From contig JBFMAY010000002.1 of the NCBI GenBank assembly GCA_040755455.1, positions 1 to 64,000 of the forward strand: DNA of 64,000 nt, read 5' to 3'. Below are positions 1 through 8,980 of the stretch, one piece after another. Below the pieces are notes generated by a model that was not told the DNA's origin, searched no databases, and saw nothing but the letters and a program-made list of their open reading frames with translations. Numbering within the stretch: the stretch's first letter is position 1; the number at the start of each line of letters is the position of its first letter. Origin of the DNA: Thermodesulfobacteriota bacterium (GTDB lineage: Bacteria; Desulfobacterota; Desulfobulbia; Desulfobulbales; SURF-16). The position numbers and the translations under genes were made by a program.

Positions 1-119
1 TAACAGACAAGGGGGTGGGATGGATCAATCGAAAGTGGCTTTTGAGAAAAAACGGTCAGAATGGAAGGGAAATTACGATAGCATGAAAAGTGGTGGGGAA
101 ACTGCCGCGCAGCGGCTTA

Positions 120-182
120 CTTGAACATGGCGTTCGAGAGGGACGCGCCAAAAGCTGCGCGCCCCTCAACTTTACGTTAACG
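120..182 (+). other. integron attC site
   Basis: R'' CTTGAAC (120-126) and R' GTTAACG (176-182) around an imperfect palindrome (TTCGAGAGGGACGCGCC-AAAA-GCTGCGCGCCCCTCAA); 63 bp; next ORF starts 7 nt later. Confidence 0.85.
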
Positions 183-188
183 ATCAAT

Positions 189-680
189 ATGAAGAAAGTT
201 ATTTCTATAATCATCCTTTTGTTACCTTCTATTGTAATGGCTGGTGGTCCAAGCATGCCTGATGGTTATCGCAGACCTAATGAAGCAGAGCTTGCTTCAC
301 CGAATCGGGATGAAGATAGGTATCGTTACGAGATGGCTGTTGGTGATTTCAACGGTGATGGTCTTGTGGATGGTGCTTTATTAGCAATTGATGATAATAA
401 TAAAGAACTTGCCGTCTTTGTGTTTGTATGTACAGCCAATGACCAAGTGTATAGATGGTATAAAGTTGCATCTCTTGAATATCGCGACATCAAATACACC
501 GGTGTAAAGTCCCTAACACCTCAAACAATTTACTATTATCAAGACATCACGGGTGAAGACAAAGCGGAATTGAACGTTACCAATGATTCTTTTGAATTGT
601 TTCAATTTGAGGGGGCAAAATCAGTCTTCTATTACGAAAAAGAATCCAACCAATTCAAAAGAGTTTGGATATCAAAATAA
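189..680 (+). CDS. secreted hypothetical protein with one FG-GAP/EF-hand-like loop; integron cassette ORF
   Basis: Signal peptide MKKVISIIILLLPSIVMA; GDFNGDGLVD motif; bounded by core site GTTAACG and its exact inverse CGTTAAC. Confidence 0.8.
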   Translation: MKKVISIIILLLPSIVMAGGPSMPDGYRRPNEAELASPNRDEDRYRYEMAVGDFNGDGLVDGALLAIDDNNKELAVFVFVCTANDQVYRWYKVASLEYRDIKYTGVKSLTPQTIYYYQDITGEDKAELNVTNDSFELFQFEGAKSVFYYEKESNQFKRVWISK

Positions 681-681
681 G

Positions 682-746
682 CGTTAACCCTTCGCTGCAC
701 GGGACCGGCGAAAAACCACGCCGGCCCCGTGAGCTTGCAGTTATAC
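682..746 (+). other. integron attC site
   Basis: R'' CGTTAAC (682-688) and R' GTTATAC (740-746); central stem CACGGGACCGGCG/CGCCGGCCCCGTG; starts 1 nt after the stop codon. Confidence 0.9.
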
Positions 747-750
747 CTAG

Positions 751-1020
751 ATGAATAAAATAACTGAAAACAGAATTCAGGAAGAAAAAAAGGGATCAAA
801 AATTTTAGCAATAATTGTCGCGTTTCTGGTTGCGACAATTATTTGTAGTATCTCGTTCATTCCTTTAGCACTGGTCGTCTTGTTCTTAGACAGTTCTACT
901 TTCCCCCAAAGCCTTCTTGGAATTCTATTTTTCATCTCAGTGGTTTTGGCAATTTGGGCAGGAATCGTGGCATTCAAAGCTATTTATGCGCGAATGGCTT
1001 TAATAATAAAGGATGTATAA
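751..1020 (+). CDS. small membrane hypothetical protein; integron cassette ORF
   Basis: 89 aa with two hydrophobic segments; starts just after attC R'; ends in GTATAA, the start of the expected R'' GTATAAC. Confidence 0.75.
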   Translation: MNKITENRIQEEKKGSKILAIIVAFLVATIICSISFIPLALVVLFLDSSTFPQSLLGILFFISVVLAIWAGIVAFKAIYARMALIIKDV

Positions 1021-1071
1021 TCGGGTAGCCGGGGGATTTTCTCCCCCAGCCCCCACACCACCTGGCATGCG
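1020..1071 (-). mobile_element. 3' remnant (half of domain V plus domain VI) of a group IIC intron inserted into an attC site
   Basis: Minus strand reads CGCATGCCAGGTGGTGTGGGGGCTGGGGGAGAAAATCCCCCGGCTACCCGAT, a typical IIC 3' end, joined to TATAC; no reverse transcriptase ORF remains. Confidence 0.8.
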
Positions 1072-1124
1072 TTGCGACATGAAGTCGCTGATTATATTGC
1101 TGATCCAAGAATCAGCCTGCTGAA

Positions 1125-1893
1125 AAAAAGGGGACAGATTTATTTTTTTGACATTCCTTTCGGCGGATGGTAAGTTTTTTTTATGCCACGTCGTGCCCGA
1201 ATAGTTCTGCCAAACTGTCCGCACCACATCATTCAGCGCGGTCACAACCGACAGGTGGTGTTTGCTGGAGATGGTGATTACCAGTATTACCTTGATAATC
1301 TCCGGGAATGGAAAATCGAGTTGGGATGTAAAGTTTACGCTTACTGTCTGATGACCAACCATGTCCATCTCGTTATCGATCCGGGAGATCAAGCTGAAAA
1401 TTTGGGTCTGCTCATGAAACGGGTAGCTGGTCGACAGACCCGCTATGTCAACAAAATGGAGAAACGGAGCGGTTCGCTCTGGGAAGGCCGTTACAAGTCA
1501 AGCCCGATCAATGCAAATGAATATCTGCTTGCCTGCTGCAGGTACGTGGAGTTGAATCCAGTACGTGCGGGTATGGTTCAAGACCCTTCTCAATATGCCT
1601 GGTCAAGTTGTCCTGCAAAGACCGGCATCAAAGAACAGTCATGGCTCGATCTCGATCTTTTCTATCTGGGCCTTGCTGATACTGCAAATGAAAGGGCGGA
1701 GAAGTACGCAAAATGGCTTTGTGGGACCGTTCCGGATGGGGAATGGAAATTGATCCGTGAGGCGGCTCAACGGGGACAATTGACGGCGAACAGCAAGTTT
1801 GAAAAGGAAATTTCACGAAAATTGGGTCGCCGAATTGAATTGCGCGGTCCAGGACGGCCCAAGAAGAATAAAATATAAATCTGTCCCCTTTTT
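1125..1893 (+). mobile_element. RAYT/IS200-superfamily element with terminal inverted repeats
   Basis: AAAAAGGGGACAGATTTAT (1125-1143) and its exact reverse complement (1875-1893) flank the transposase. Confidence 0.75.
1183..1878 (+). CDS. REP-associated tyrosine transposase (Y1 HUH family)
   Basis: MPRRAR start; HHIIQRGHNRQ; HUH motif YCLMTNHVHL; LWEGRYKS; catalytic YVELNPVRAG; terminal GRP motif. Confidence 0.92.
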   Translation: MPRRARIVLPNCPHHIIQRGHNRQVVFAGDGDYQYYLDNLREWKIELGCKVYAYCLMTNHVHLVIDPGDQAENLGLLMKRVAGRQTRYVNKMEKRSGSLWEGRYKSSPINANEYLLACCRYVELNPVRAGMVQDPSQYAWSSCPAKTGIKEQSWLDLDLFYLGLADTANERAEKYAKWLCGTVPDGEWKLIREAAQRGQLTANSKFEKEISRKLGRRIELRGPGRPKKNKI

Positions 1894-1962
1894 CATTTGC
1901 TTTTTCATTTGTTGCGCCGCTGGTGATGCAGGTCGCTGTAATAGAATGGAAAGGAGTTTTGC

Positions 1963-2589
1963 ATGAATAAGACAATCTTTGGTTTGTTTGCTGTAATTCT
2001 TTTATTTAAGCCCCTAACCGTGCAAGGGGCATTGGTAGAGATTGACTGGTTAACAGGAGGTGACCACCTCCTGACGCGAGATTGTGAAACAAATCTTGAA
2101 TGGTTGGATCTTACAGAAACAGCAGGATATTCTTATAATCAAATCATGGGCGGCGAAGGAGATTTTATCACATCAAAAGGTTTCAGATATGCTTCAATTT
2201 CTGAAATCGAAACACTATTTATGCATACAGGACTCTTAGTAAATCAACTTGAATGGGTAGAAGGGACTGAAGATGCACAAGCCTTACTAAACATGATAGG
2301 TACGCTTTATATTGATCAGTACATCTTGGGAACATCTGGGTATTCAGCAGACGCTTCCCCCTATGGCACAGGGCAAACAGTTGCCAACCTATTCATATAT
2401 GATTTTAACGGGGTCCTCAAATATGCAGCTGAAGCCAACATGAACAACGGCAGAAGCCCAGATGAAGGTCATTATTCAACAGGTAGCTGGTTAGTCCGTG
2501 ATGTGGTAGTACCCATACCTGGATCTCTTTATCTATTAGCTTCCGGTTTGTTCAGTTTCATCACCCTATTTCGCAGGAAAGGCAAGTAG
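1963..2589 (+). CDS. PEP-CTERM/VPLPA-CTERM exosortase substrate protein
   Basis: N-terminal signal peptide; C-terminal VPIPGSLYLLASGLFSFITLF followed by the basic tail RRKGK. Confidence 0.85.
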   Translation: MNKTIFGLFAVILLFKPLTVQGALVEIDWLTGGDHLLTRDCETNLEWLDLTETAGYSYNQIMGGEGDFITSKGFRYASISEIETLFMHTGLLVNQLEWVEGTEDAQALLNMIGTLYIDQYILGTSGYSADASPYGTGQTVANLFIYDFNGVLKYAAEANMNNGRSPDEGHYSTGSWLVRDVVVPIPGSLYLLASGLFSFITLFRRKGK

Positions 2590-2658
2590 CAGCCAACATG
2601 GGCGAAGGGGACATCCCCAATTTGCCCCCAATTTAGCTCAAGTAAACGGCGGAGTTCA

Positions 2659-3453
2659 ATGACACCATCGTCCATGCTCAAGGTAATGACCTTCAATATC
2701 CGTTACGGCCCGGCCGCGGACGGAGAAAACCGCTGGGACAAGCGCAAGTTCCTCGCCCTCGCCAGAATTCAAGCCTTTGCCCCGGATCTCCTCGGCCTGC
2801 AGGAATGCCGCGACGACGCCCAGGCCGATTTCGTCAAAACACAGCTGCCGGACTACCACTTCCATGGCGTGCGCCGCGAAGGTGAAGGGGATACGGCGCT
2901 GGAGATGGCCCCGCTTCTCTTGCAAAAATCCGCCTTCCACCTCGTCCGGCAAGGCGTCTTCTGGCTCAGCGACACCCCGCAGGCCCCCGGCAGCAAGAGC
3001 TGGGGCAGCATCTTCCCGCGCACGGCAACCTGGGCCAGGCTCATCCATAAGCCAACAAGCCGGGTCCTCACCTTTGTCAACACCCATTTTGACTGCCAGC
3101 CCACCGCCATTGACGGGGCCGCGCAACTGTTGCGGCAATGGCTTGACCAGGCGCAAAAACAAACCCCGGTCATCGTCACGGGTGACTTCAACGCGGACAA
3201 GGACTCAGCCGCCTACCGGCTCCTGACCGGCGATGGCATGTTGTCCGACGCCTATCGGCAAGTGCATCCGGCCGCGGCCAGTGAAGCAACCTTTCACGGT
3301 TTTGGCAAGCCGGAAGAAATGGCGCCCATTGACTGGATCCTGGTTTCCGATCACTTCCGCGTCACCGACGCCCAAATTGACCGGGCGCGGCAGGGGAAGC
3401 TCTTCCCCTCGGACCATTATCCGGTGACGGCTGTGCTGGACTGGCAGGACTAA
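2659..3453 (+). CDS. endonuclease/exonuclease/phosphatase family protein
   Basis: MTFNIR, GLQE, NTHFD, GDFN, IDWI and SDHYPV motifs. Confidence 0.92.
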   Translation: MTPSSMLKVMTFNIRYGPAADGENRWDKRKFLALARIQAFAPDLLGLQECRDDAQADFVKTQLPDYHFHGVRREGEGDTALEMAPLLLQKSAFHLVRQGVFWLSDTPQAPGSKSWGSIFPRTATWARLIHKPTSRVLTFVNTHFDCQPTAIDGAAQLLRQWLDQAQKQTPVIVTGDFNADKDSAAYRLLTGDGMLSDAYRQVHPAAASEATFHGFGKPEEMAPIDWILVSDHFRVTDAQIDRARQGKLFPSDHYPVTAVLDWQD

Positions 3454-3648
3454 ATGGGGCGGATCATCCCATAAAGCTTTTGGGGCGGCTGCGGTATCCC
3501 GTTGAAAATTTCCCTTACTTCCTGTACGCTGATCTCCGCTTTCATGGCACTTCTCCCTTTGGGAAGAAAAGTTTTTACCCCTATGCGGAATTCACCCAAA
3601 AGAGTTTACGCCGCCAATGTTCTCGACAATTTGTTATAAATTGCCGTT

Positions 3649-5430
3649 ATGACTGATGCGACGCCAGATCCAGCGCCGGCCGCCACCCCTGGCCCAGCGC
3701 CCGGCACCCGCAAGCGCTTTCTCCGGCAGGTGCTTCGCCTCGCTGGCCCGTATTGGAACTGCGAGCGGCGGGCGAAGGTCCGCAGCGCGACCCTGCTGCT
3801 GTTTCTGCTCACCATGGGGCAAGTGGGGCTCTCGGTATGGGGCAACTACTGGCAGGGGGCGCTGTTTGACGCCCTCGAACAGCGCTCCGTGCGGGGTGTG
3901 CTGCTCCAGGTGGGGGTTTTTGCGCTGATTCTGGCGATCTCGGTCGCCGTAACGGCGGCGCACCTGGTTGTCAAGCGCTGGCTGCAGATCGACTGGCGTA
4001 CCTGGCTGACCGAGCAGCTGGTCGGGAACTGGATGGCGGATGGCCGCCACCGCCGGCTGCTTTTCTTCAGCGCCGGCGACCATGACAACCCAGACCAGCG
4101 CATCGCCGAGGACATCCGCATTGCCACGGAAAGCGCCATCGCCATGGGCCACACCCTGGTCTATTCGCTGATGACCCTGGGTCTTTTCATCAACATCCTG
4201 TGGTCGGTGTCCGGGGCGATCGTCGTTCCCGGCACCCAGGTTCAGGTGCCGGGCTACATGGTGCCGCTGGCCTTCGCTTACGCGGGCCTGGGCAGCGCGC
4301 TCGGCTGGATACTCGGCCGCCCGCTGGTGCGCGCCACCAACGGATTGCAGACCGCGGAGGCGACGTTTCGCTTCGGCCTGTCACGGGCGCGGGAGAACAC
4401 GGAAGCCATCGCCCTCATGCGCGGCGAGCCACTGGAGCGGGCCGTTTCATCGGCGCGATTCAGCCAGATCATTCGCGAATATAACCGGCAGTCGCTGGCC
4501 TACCTGGGGCTGGTTTCCTTCGGGACGGGATACGGCGCGCTGCTGCCGGTATTCCCGATCCTGGTGGCCGCGCCCCAGTACATCCTCGGGGCGATGTCGC
4601 TGGGCACCCTGATGCAGGCCGCCCAGGCGTTCCAGCGCCTGACCTCCGCCCTTTCCTGGCCGGTGGACAACATCGGCGAGATCGCGCGCTGCCGCGCTTC
4701 GGCCGACCGCGTGCTGGCACTTCACGAGGATATGCTGCAACTGGATGCCGACGCGCAGGCGCCGGCCGGGCCGCGCATCGTCCTGGAACGATCGGAACGC
4801 GCCCATCTGGTGATCGAGGATCTCTGCATCGCCGAACCATCGGGCCGCATCCTGCTCGAGCACTTCAACATTGACATCCGGCGCGGCGAAAGGGTGCTGA
4901 TCACGGGGGACCCCGTGGTGACCGGGAGCCTGTTCAAGGTGGTCGGCGGGCTCTGGCCCTGGGGCAGCGGCCGGGTGCGGCTGCCGGACGACGGCGGCAT
5001 ACTGTTCATTGCCCAGCGCCCCTTCCTGCCCGAGGGAACTCTGCGCGAAGTGCTTTGCTACCCGCACCCGCCGGATGCCTTCCCCGCCTCCGCCATCCGG
5101 CACGCGCTGGAATGCACAGGCATGGCTTGGCTTGCCCCGCGCCTGGACGACCGGGCCAACTGGCAACAGGAGTTGCCGCAGCGCGGCCAGCAGCGACTCT
5201 GCCTTACCCGCGTTCTGCTCCAGCGGCCAGCCTGGGTGTTCATGGAAGAGGCCACCGACGCCTTTGACCCCAAGGGCGAACGGCTGATCCTCGAGATGCT
5301 CCACCGCGAGCTGCCCAACGCAACCCTGCTGAACATCAGCTTCCATCCTGACCTCAAGCCGCTGCACCACCGCACCCTGGTTCTAAACCAGGCGGGCGAG
5401 ACCAAGGTACTGTTCGACGGGCGGCGGTGA
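3649..5430 (+). CDS. YddA/BacA-like fused ABC transporter (ABC_membrane_2 plus degenerate NBD)
   Basis: DNPDQRIAED, EATFRFGL and QRPFLPEGTLREVLCYP motifs; six TM segments; Walker A and signature motifs degenerate. Confidence 0.85.
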   Translation: MTDATPDPAPAATPGPAPGTRKRFLRQVLRLAGPYWNCERRAKVRSATLLLFLLTMGQVGLSVWGNYWQGALFDALEQRSVRGVLLQVGVFALILAISVAVTAAHLVVKRWLQIDWRTWLTEQLVGNWMADGRHRRLLFFSAGDHDNPDQRIAEDIRIATESAIAMGHTLVYSLMTLGLFINILWSVSGAIVVPGTQVQVPGYMVPLAFAYAGLGSALGWILGRPLVRATNGLQTAEATFRFGLSRARENTEAIALMRGEPLERAVSSARFSQIIREYNRQSLAYLGLVSFGTGYGALLPVFPILVAAPQYILGAMSLGTLMQAAQAFQRLTSALSWPVDNIGEIARCRASADRVLALHEDMLQLDADAQAPAGPRIVLERSERAHLVIEDLCIAEPSGRILLEHFNIDIRRGERVLITGDPVVTGSLFKVVGGLWPWGSGRVRLPDDGGILFIAQRPFLPEGTLREVLCYPHPPDAFPASAIRHALECTGMAWLAPRLDDRANWQQELPQRGQQRLCLTRVLLQRPAWVFMEEATDAFDPKGERLILEMLHRELPNATLLNISFHPDLKPLHHRTLVLNQAGETKVLFDGRR

Positions 5431-5554
5431 ACGGCCGTTTTTTACTGCTGAAAATAATTCCCCGTGCAGGATGCGGGCAGTATTATTTTCAATTGCAAAT
5501 TTTTAAAAAAGGAGGATAATTAGCTTTTTTCATGAAATGAAAATGAAACAGATT

Positions 5555-5673
5555 CACCATGCTTAATCCCGCAGGAGCGGGAGCGGGGGACCCAATCTTT
5601 GCGGGGCGTATCGCACACGCGTAAGGCATCTCTCAGCCTGAGCCCATCAGCTAACCTCGTAAGCTAATGAGAG
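5555..5673 (+). promoter_or_regulatory. c-di-AMP (ydaO/yuaA) riboswitch
   Basis: Conserved blocks GCTTAATCC, GGAGCGGGGGACCCA, GGGGCG and CCCATCAGCTAACCTCGTAAGC directly upstream of kup; boundaries approximate. Confidence 0.88.
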
Positions 5674-5734
5674 CCTCCGGTTTATTTCCTCCCGAGGCTT
5701 ACAAGTCTTGGCAGGCATAAACAGGAGAAAGCCC

Positions 5735-7645
5735 TTGAGCGCCACTATTCAACCCGCAGCCCATCCGCCCGTGACCGCTAACCGCCATCCTCTGCCCAGT
5801 CTGGCTCTGGCCGCCCTGGGGATCATTTACGGCGATATCGGCACCAGCCCCCTTTATACCATCAAAGAATGTTTCGGCGGCAGCCATGGGGTTGCAACCA
5901 CTCCGGCCAATATCCTGGGAATTCTCTCCATGGTCTTCTGGGCGTTGCTGTTCGTGGTGAGCTTCAAATACGTCATTTTTGTTCTCCGCGCCGACAACAA
6001 GGGGGAAGGCGGGACGTTTTCCCTGCTGGCCACACTGCGCAAACGCCTCAAGGACAGCAAAAAACGGTGGGCCATTCTGACCATCCTCACCGCCTCTGGG
6101 GCGTCACTGCTCTATGGCGACGGGGTGATCACTCCAGCCATTTCGGTGCTGTCGGCTATTGAAGGACTCAATATGGCCACTCACGCCGCGGCAAACTACG
6201 TGGTGCCGTTGACGTGCCTGATCCTGGCCGCCCTTTTTTTCGTTCAGCGCCATGGCACCGCGGTAATCGGCAAAATTTTCGGCCCTGTCATGATTGTCTG
6301 GTTCGGAACGATTGGTTTGCTCGGATTATTGTCCATCCTCAAACAACCGGAGGTACTGGCAGCCCTGAACCCCTATTACGTGGTTAACTATTTCGCCATC
6401 AATCATACCCACGGCCTTGTGGCCCTGGCTTCCGTGGTTCTCTGTATTACCGGCTGCGAGGCGCTTTATGCCGACATGGGCCATTTCGGACGTCTTCCCA
6501 TCAGAATTACCTGGTACGCGGTGGTTCTCCCCGGCCTGGTGCTTAATTACTTCGGCCAGGGCGCGTATTTGTTGCAGAATCCGCATATGGCCCATGTCAA
6601 CCCATTCTTTGCCCTGGCCCCCAAGATGCTGCTCTACCCCCTTGTCGCCCTGGCCACCATTTCAACGATTATTGCCTCGCAGGCCATGATATCCGGCGTT
6701 TATTCGCTTACCCAGCAGGCCATCCAACTGGGTTTCATTCCGCGTATGCGCATCATCCATACCTCGCAGATGGCCAAGGGCCAGATTTACATCCCAACGG
6801 TGAACTGGCTGGTCATGATTGCCTGCCTGACCCTGGTGCTTGTTTTCAAGGAATCCTCCCGTCTTGCCGCGGCCTACGGTTTTGCCGTGACTGCCTCCAT
6901 GACCATCACCTCCTTGATGTACTTTCAGGTCACCCGGATCAAGTGGAACTGGCCGCCCTGGCAGAGCGTCACCCTGATCAGCATTTTCCTGCTTTTCGAC
7001 GGCTCCTTCCTGGGCGCCAACATGCTGAAGGTGGCTGCCGGCGGCTGGATAACCATCAGCATTGCCGCCATTATCCTGACCTCCATGATTACCTGGCGCG
7101 ATGGCCGTGCCCTGTTGGCCAAACATTACGCGTTGATGCGGACTCCCGCCGAGGTCTTTCTGAAAGACCTTGCCAAATACAGCCCCCAGCGGACAACCGG
7201 CACGGCTGTCTTCATGTCCATCCATCCCGAAGGCATCCCCAACACCTTATTGCACCATCTCAAACACAATGAAGCCTTGCATGAACGGGTGTTGATGCTT
7301 TCCATCATCTCAGCGGAAACGCCGACAGTTCCTCCGGAGGAACAGGTGGACGTGGAAAACCTGGGTCAGGGATTTTACCGGGTCAAGGCATTTTATGGTT
7401 TCATGGAGACCCCCGACATACCGAGGATTCTTGAGCTGCTCAGCGAAAAAGGCCTGGAGATAGATATCTACTCCACCTCCTTTTTCCTTGGCCGCGAGAA
7501 CCTGCTCCCCACCGGCAGCGCTTCCATGGCCCAGTGGCGGAAACAACTCTTTATCTTCATGTCGCGCAATGCCTGGAACGTTACCTCGTTCTTTAAAATC
7601 CCGCCAGACCGGGTGGTCGAACTGGGCAACCAGGTGGAGCTCTAA
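5735..7645 (+). CDS. kup: Kup potassium uptake transporter
   Basis: GDIGTSPLY, ADNKGEGG, GDGVITPAISVLSA and EALYADMGHFG motifs; TTG start chosen for the AGGAG RBS (ORF is open from 5708). Confidence 0.96.
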   Translation: MSATIQPAAHPPVTANRHPLPSLALAALGIIYGDIGTSPLYTIKECFGGSHGVATTPANILGILSMVFWALLFVVSFKYVIFVLRADNKGEGGTFSLLATLRKRLKDSKKRWAILTILTASGASLLYGDGVITPAISVLSAIEGLNMATHAAANYVVPLTCLILAALFFVQRHGTAVIGKIFGPVMIVWFGTIGLLGLLSILKQPEVLAALNPYYVVNYFAINHTHGLVALASVVLCITGCEALYADMGHFGRLPIRITWYAVVLPGLVLNYFGQGAYLLQNPHMAHVNPFFALAPKMLLYPLVALATISTIIASQAMISGVYSLTQQAIQLGFIPRMRIIHTSQMAKGQIYIPTVNWLVMIACLTLVLVFKESSRLAAAYGFAVTASMTITSLMYFQVTRIKWNWPPWQSVTLISIFLLFDGSFLGANMLKVAAGGWITISIAAIILTSMITWRDGRALLAKHYALMRTPAEVFLKDLAKYSPQRTTGTAVFMSIHPEGIPNTLLHHLKHNEALHERVLMLSIISAETPTVPPEEQVDVENLGQGFYRVKAFYGFMETPDIPRILELLSEKGLEIDIYSTSFFLGRENLLPTGSASMAQWRKQLFIFMSRNAWNVTSFFKIPPDRVVELGNQVEL

Positions 7646-8282
7646 TCTGCGTTTTTTTGGGGCAAAAATGGCCCGGATCCGCTTTTGCCCTTCAATAAAA
7701 ATGCCCCCTAATTCCCTGCCCGCGGGCAATTCCCCCCTCCTCATCTCGTATGGGCTTCCAAGTAACTTCAACATGAGCGCTGGAAATTTCGCATGTTATC
7801 CATAGATGAATTCTTGGAACAGCCTCAACCGGATATGGGACGGTCACAAGATACTTGATAGTAAATCGCCCCCGCAGACGGAGTGAGGCGCTAACAAGCA
7901 ATGCCCAACCCTGCAAAGCTGTGGCAATCTGCCCTATTGACAACCAAATGACCTTGTTATTAAGAATCAGGCAGGAAACGGACTGATAAATCCAAACCGC
8001 TGCGCAGATGCGAACCGAGGTCCTGATCGATGATTTGCCACGAACAGCCCCCAGAGCACATGCCTGACCAGGGCAAAGACAGTTCCAGGCGGTTTTCCGG
8101 GAACCTGTTCCTGGTAAGCGGAATAACAAGCCTGTTTTCGCCGGTCAATACGTTGCAATACGGCAACTCATTGAAATAGCGGCACCCAGCAACCATCCAG
8201 CCAATGGCACAAAAATTGATAAATATTTTTTTAGTGTCGAAAAACAAATTATTAAAACATTAACTTACGGAGTGGCAAAAAA

Positions 8283-8678
8283 ATGAAGAGATTAGCGGCT
8301 TTTTTTTCTTGTTGTGCGGCGATTTCCCTTTTCGCGTCCATCGCCCAGGCTGAATGCCTGCAAAGTGATGCCACCGGAAAATGGCGAATTTATTCCAATT
8401 ACGGCGGATATTGGTCACGGGGTTCCGCCGTCGTAAACTCAAGCGGCGGCATTCTGGCCGGCGTGAACTTCTCTGATGCCTACGGTAACACCATCACCAC
8501 CACAGGCGGCAAACTGACTGTGCAGAGCACATGTAAAGTCACCGGCTACATCCTGTTTGAAGGAAACTATAAGGTGACCATTACAGAGGCATGGCTGGGC
8601 AGGGATAAAATCTACGTGAACGGAGTTTCAAAAGATAGTTATGGAGATCTTGCTACTTTCAGCGGGACAAAATACTAA
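8283..8678 (+). CDS. small secreted beta-rich hypothetical protein
   Basis: Signal peptide ending AQA; GGAG RBS; 131 aa, rich in Gly/Thr/Tyr. Confidence 0.75.
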   Translation: MKRLAAFFSCCAAISLFASIAQAECLQSDATGKWRIYSNYGGYWSRGSAVVNSSGGILAGVNFSDAYGNTITTTGGKLTVQSTCKVTGYILFEGNYKVTITEAWLGRDKIYVNGVSKDSYGDLATFSGTKY

Positions 8679-8700
8679 CCAGCCAGCCGCAGGTAAATTT

Positions 8701-8764
8701 CCGGGGACATCCCCGGCACGACTGCAACGCAGGGACTGGTTTCATGCCCGCCCCTGCGTTGCAA
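8701..8764. repeat. two adjacent hairpins after the stop codon (terminator-like or REP-like)
   Basis: CCGGGGA-CA-TCCCCGG and TGCAACGCAGGG...CCCTGCGTTGCA; no clear U-tract. Confidence 0.45.
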
Positions 8765-8980
8765 GAAGGGCCATCACCCGGTGCGCGGTTGTTGCAATGG
8801 GGCTTTGATCCTGGCAAGGCTGTTGACAGCGGCTGCCGGACAAAATTTCAGCACTGGCCGATATCTTTACTCAATCTTTTTTCGCCAAGGAAATGCTCTA
8901 CGCTCCTTGCACCTGCTTGACATTATCACCATTGGCACCTACGGTTTACTTAAGGGAACAGCACACAATGGAGAAATGAT

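Noticed and set aside
1..124. 3' end of an upstream cassette ORF
   Set aside because: Two frames are open (stops at 86 and 124); the true frame cannot be chosen from this window.
8838..8864. Sigma-28-like GCCGATAT upstream of the FlaG-like gene
   Set aside because: No correctly spaced TAAA -35 element.
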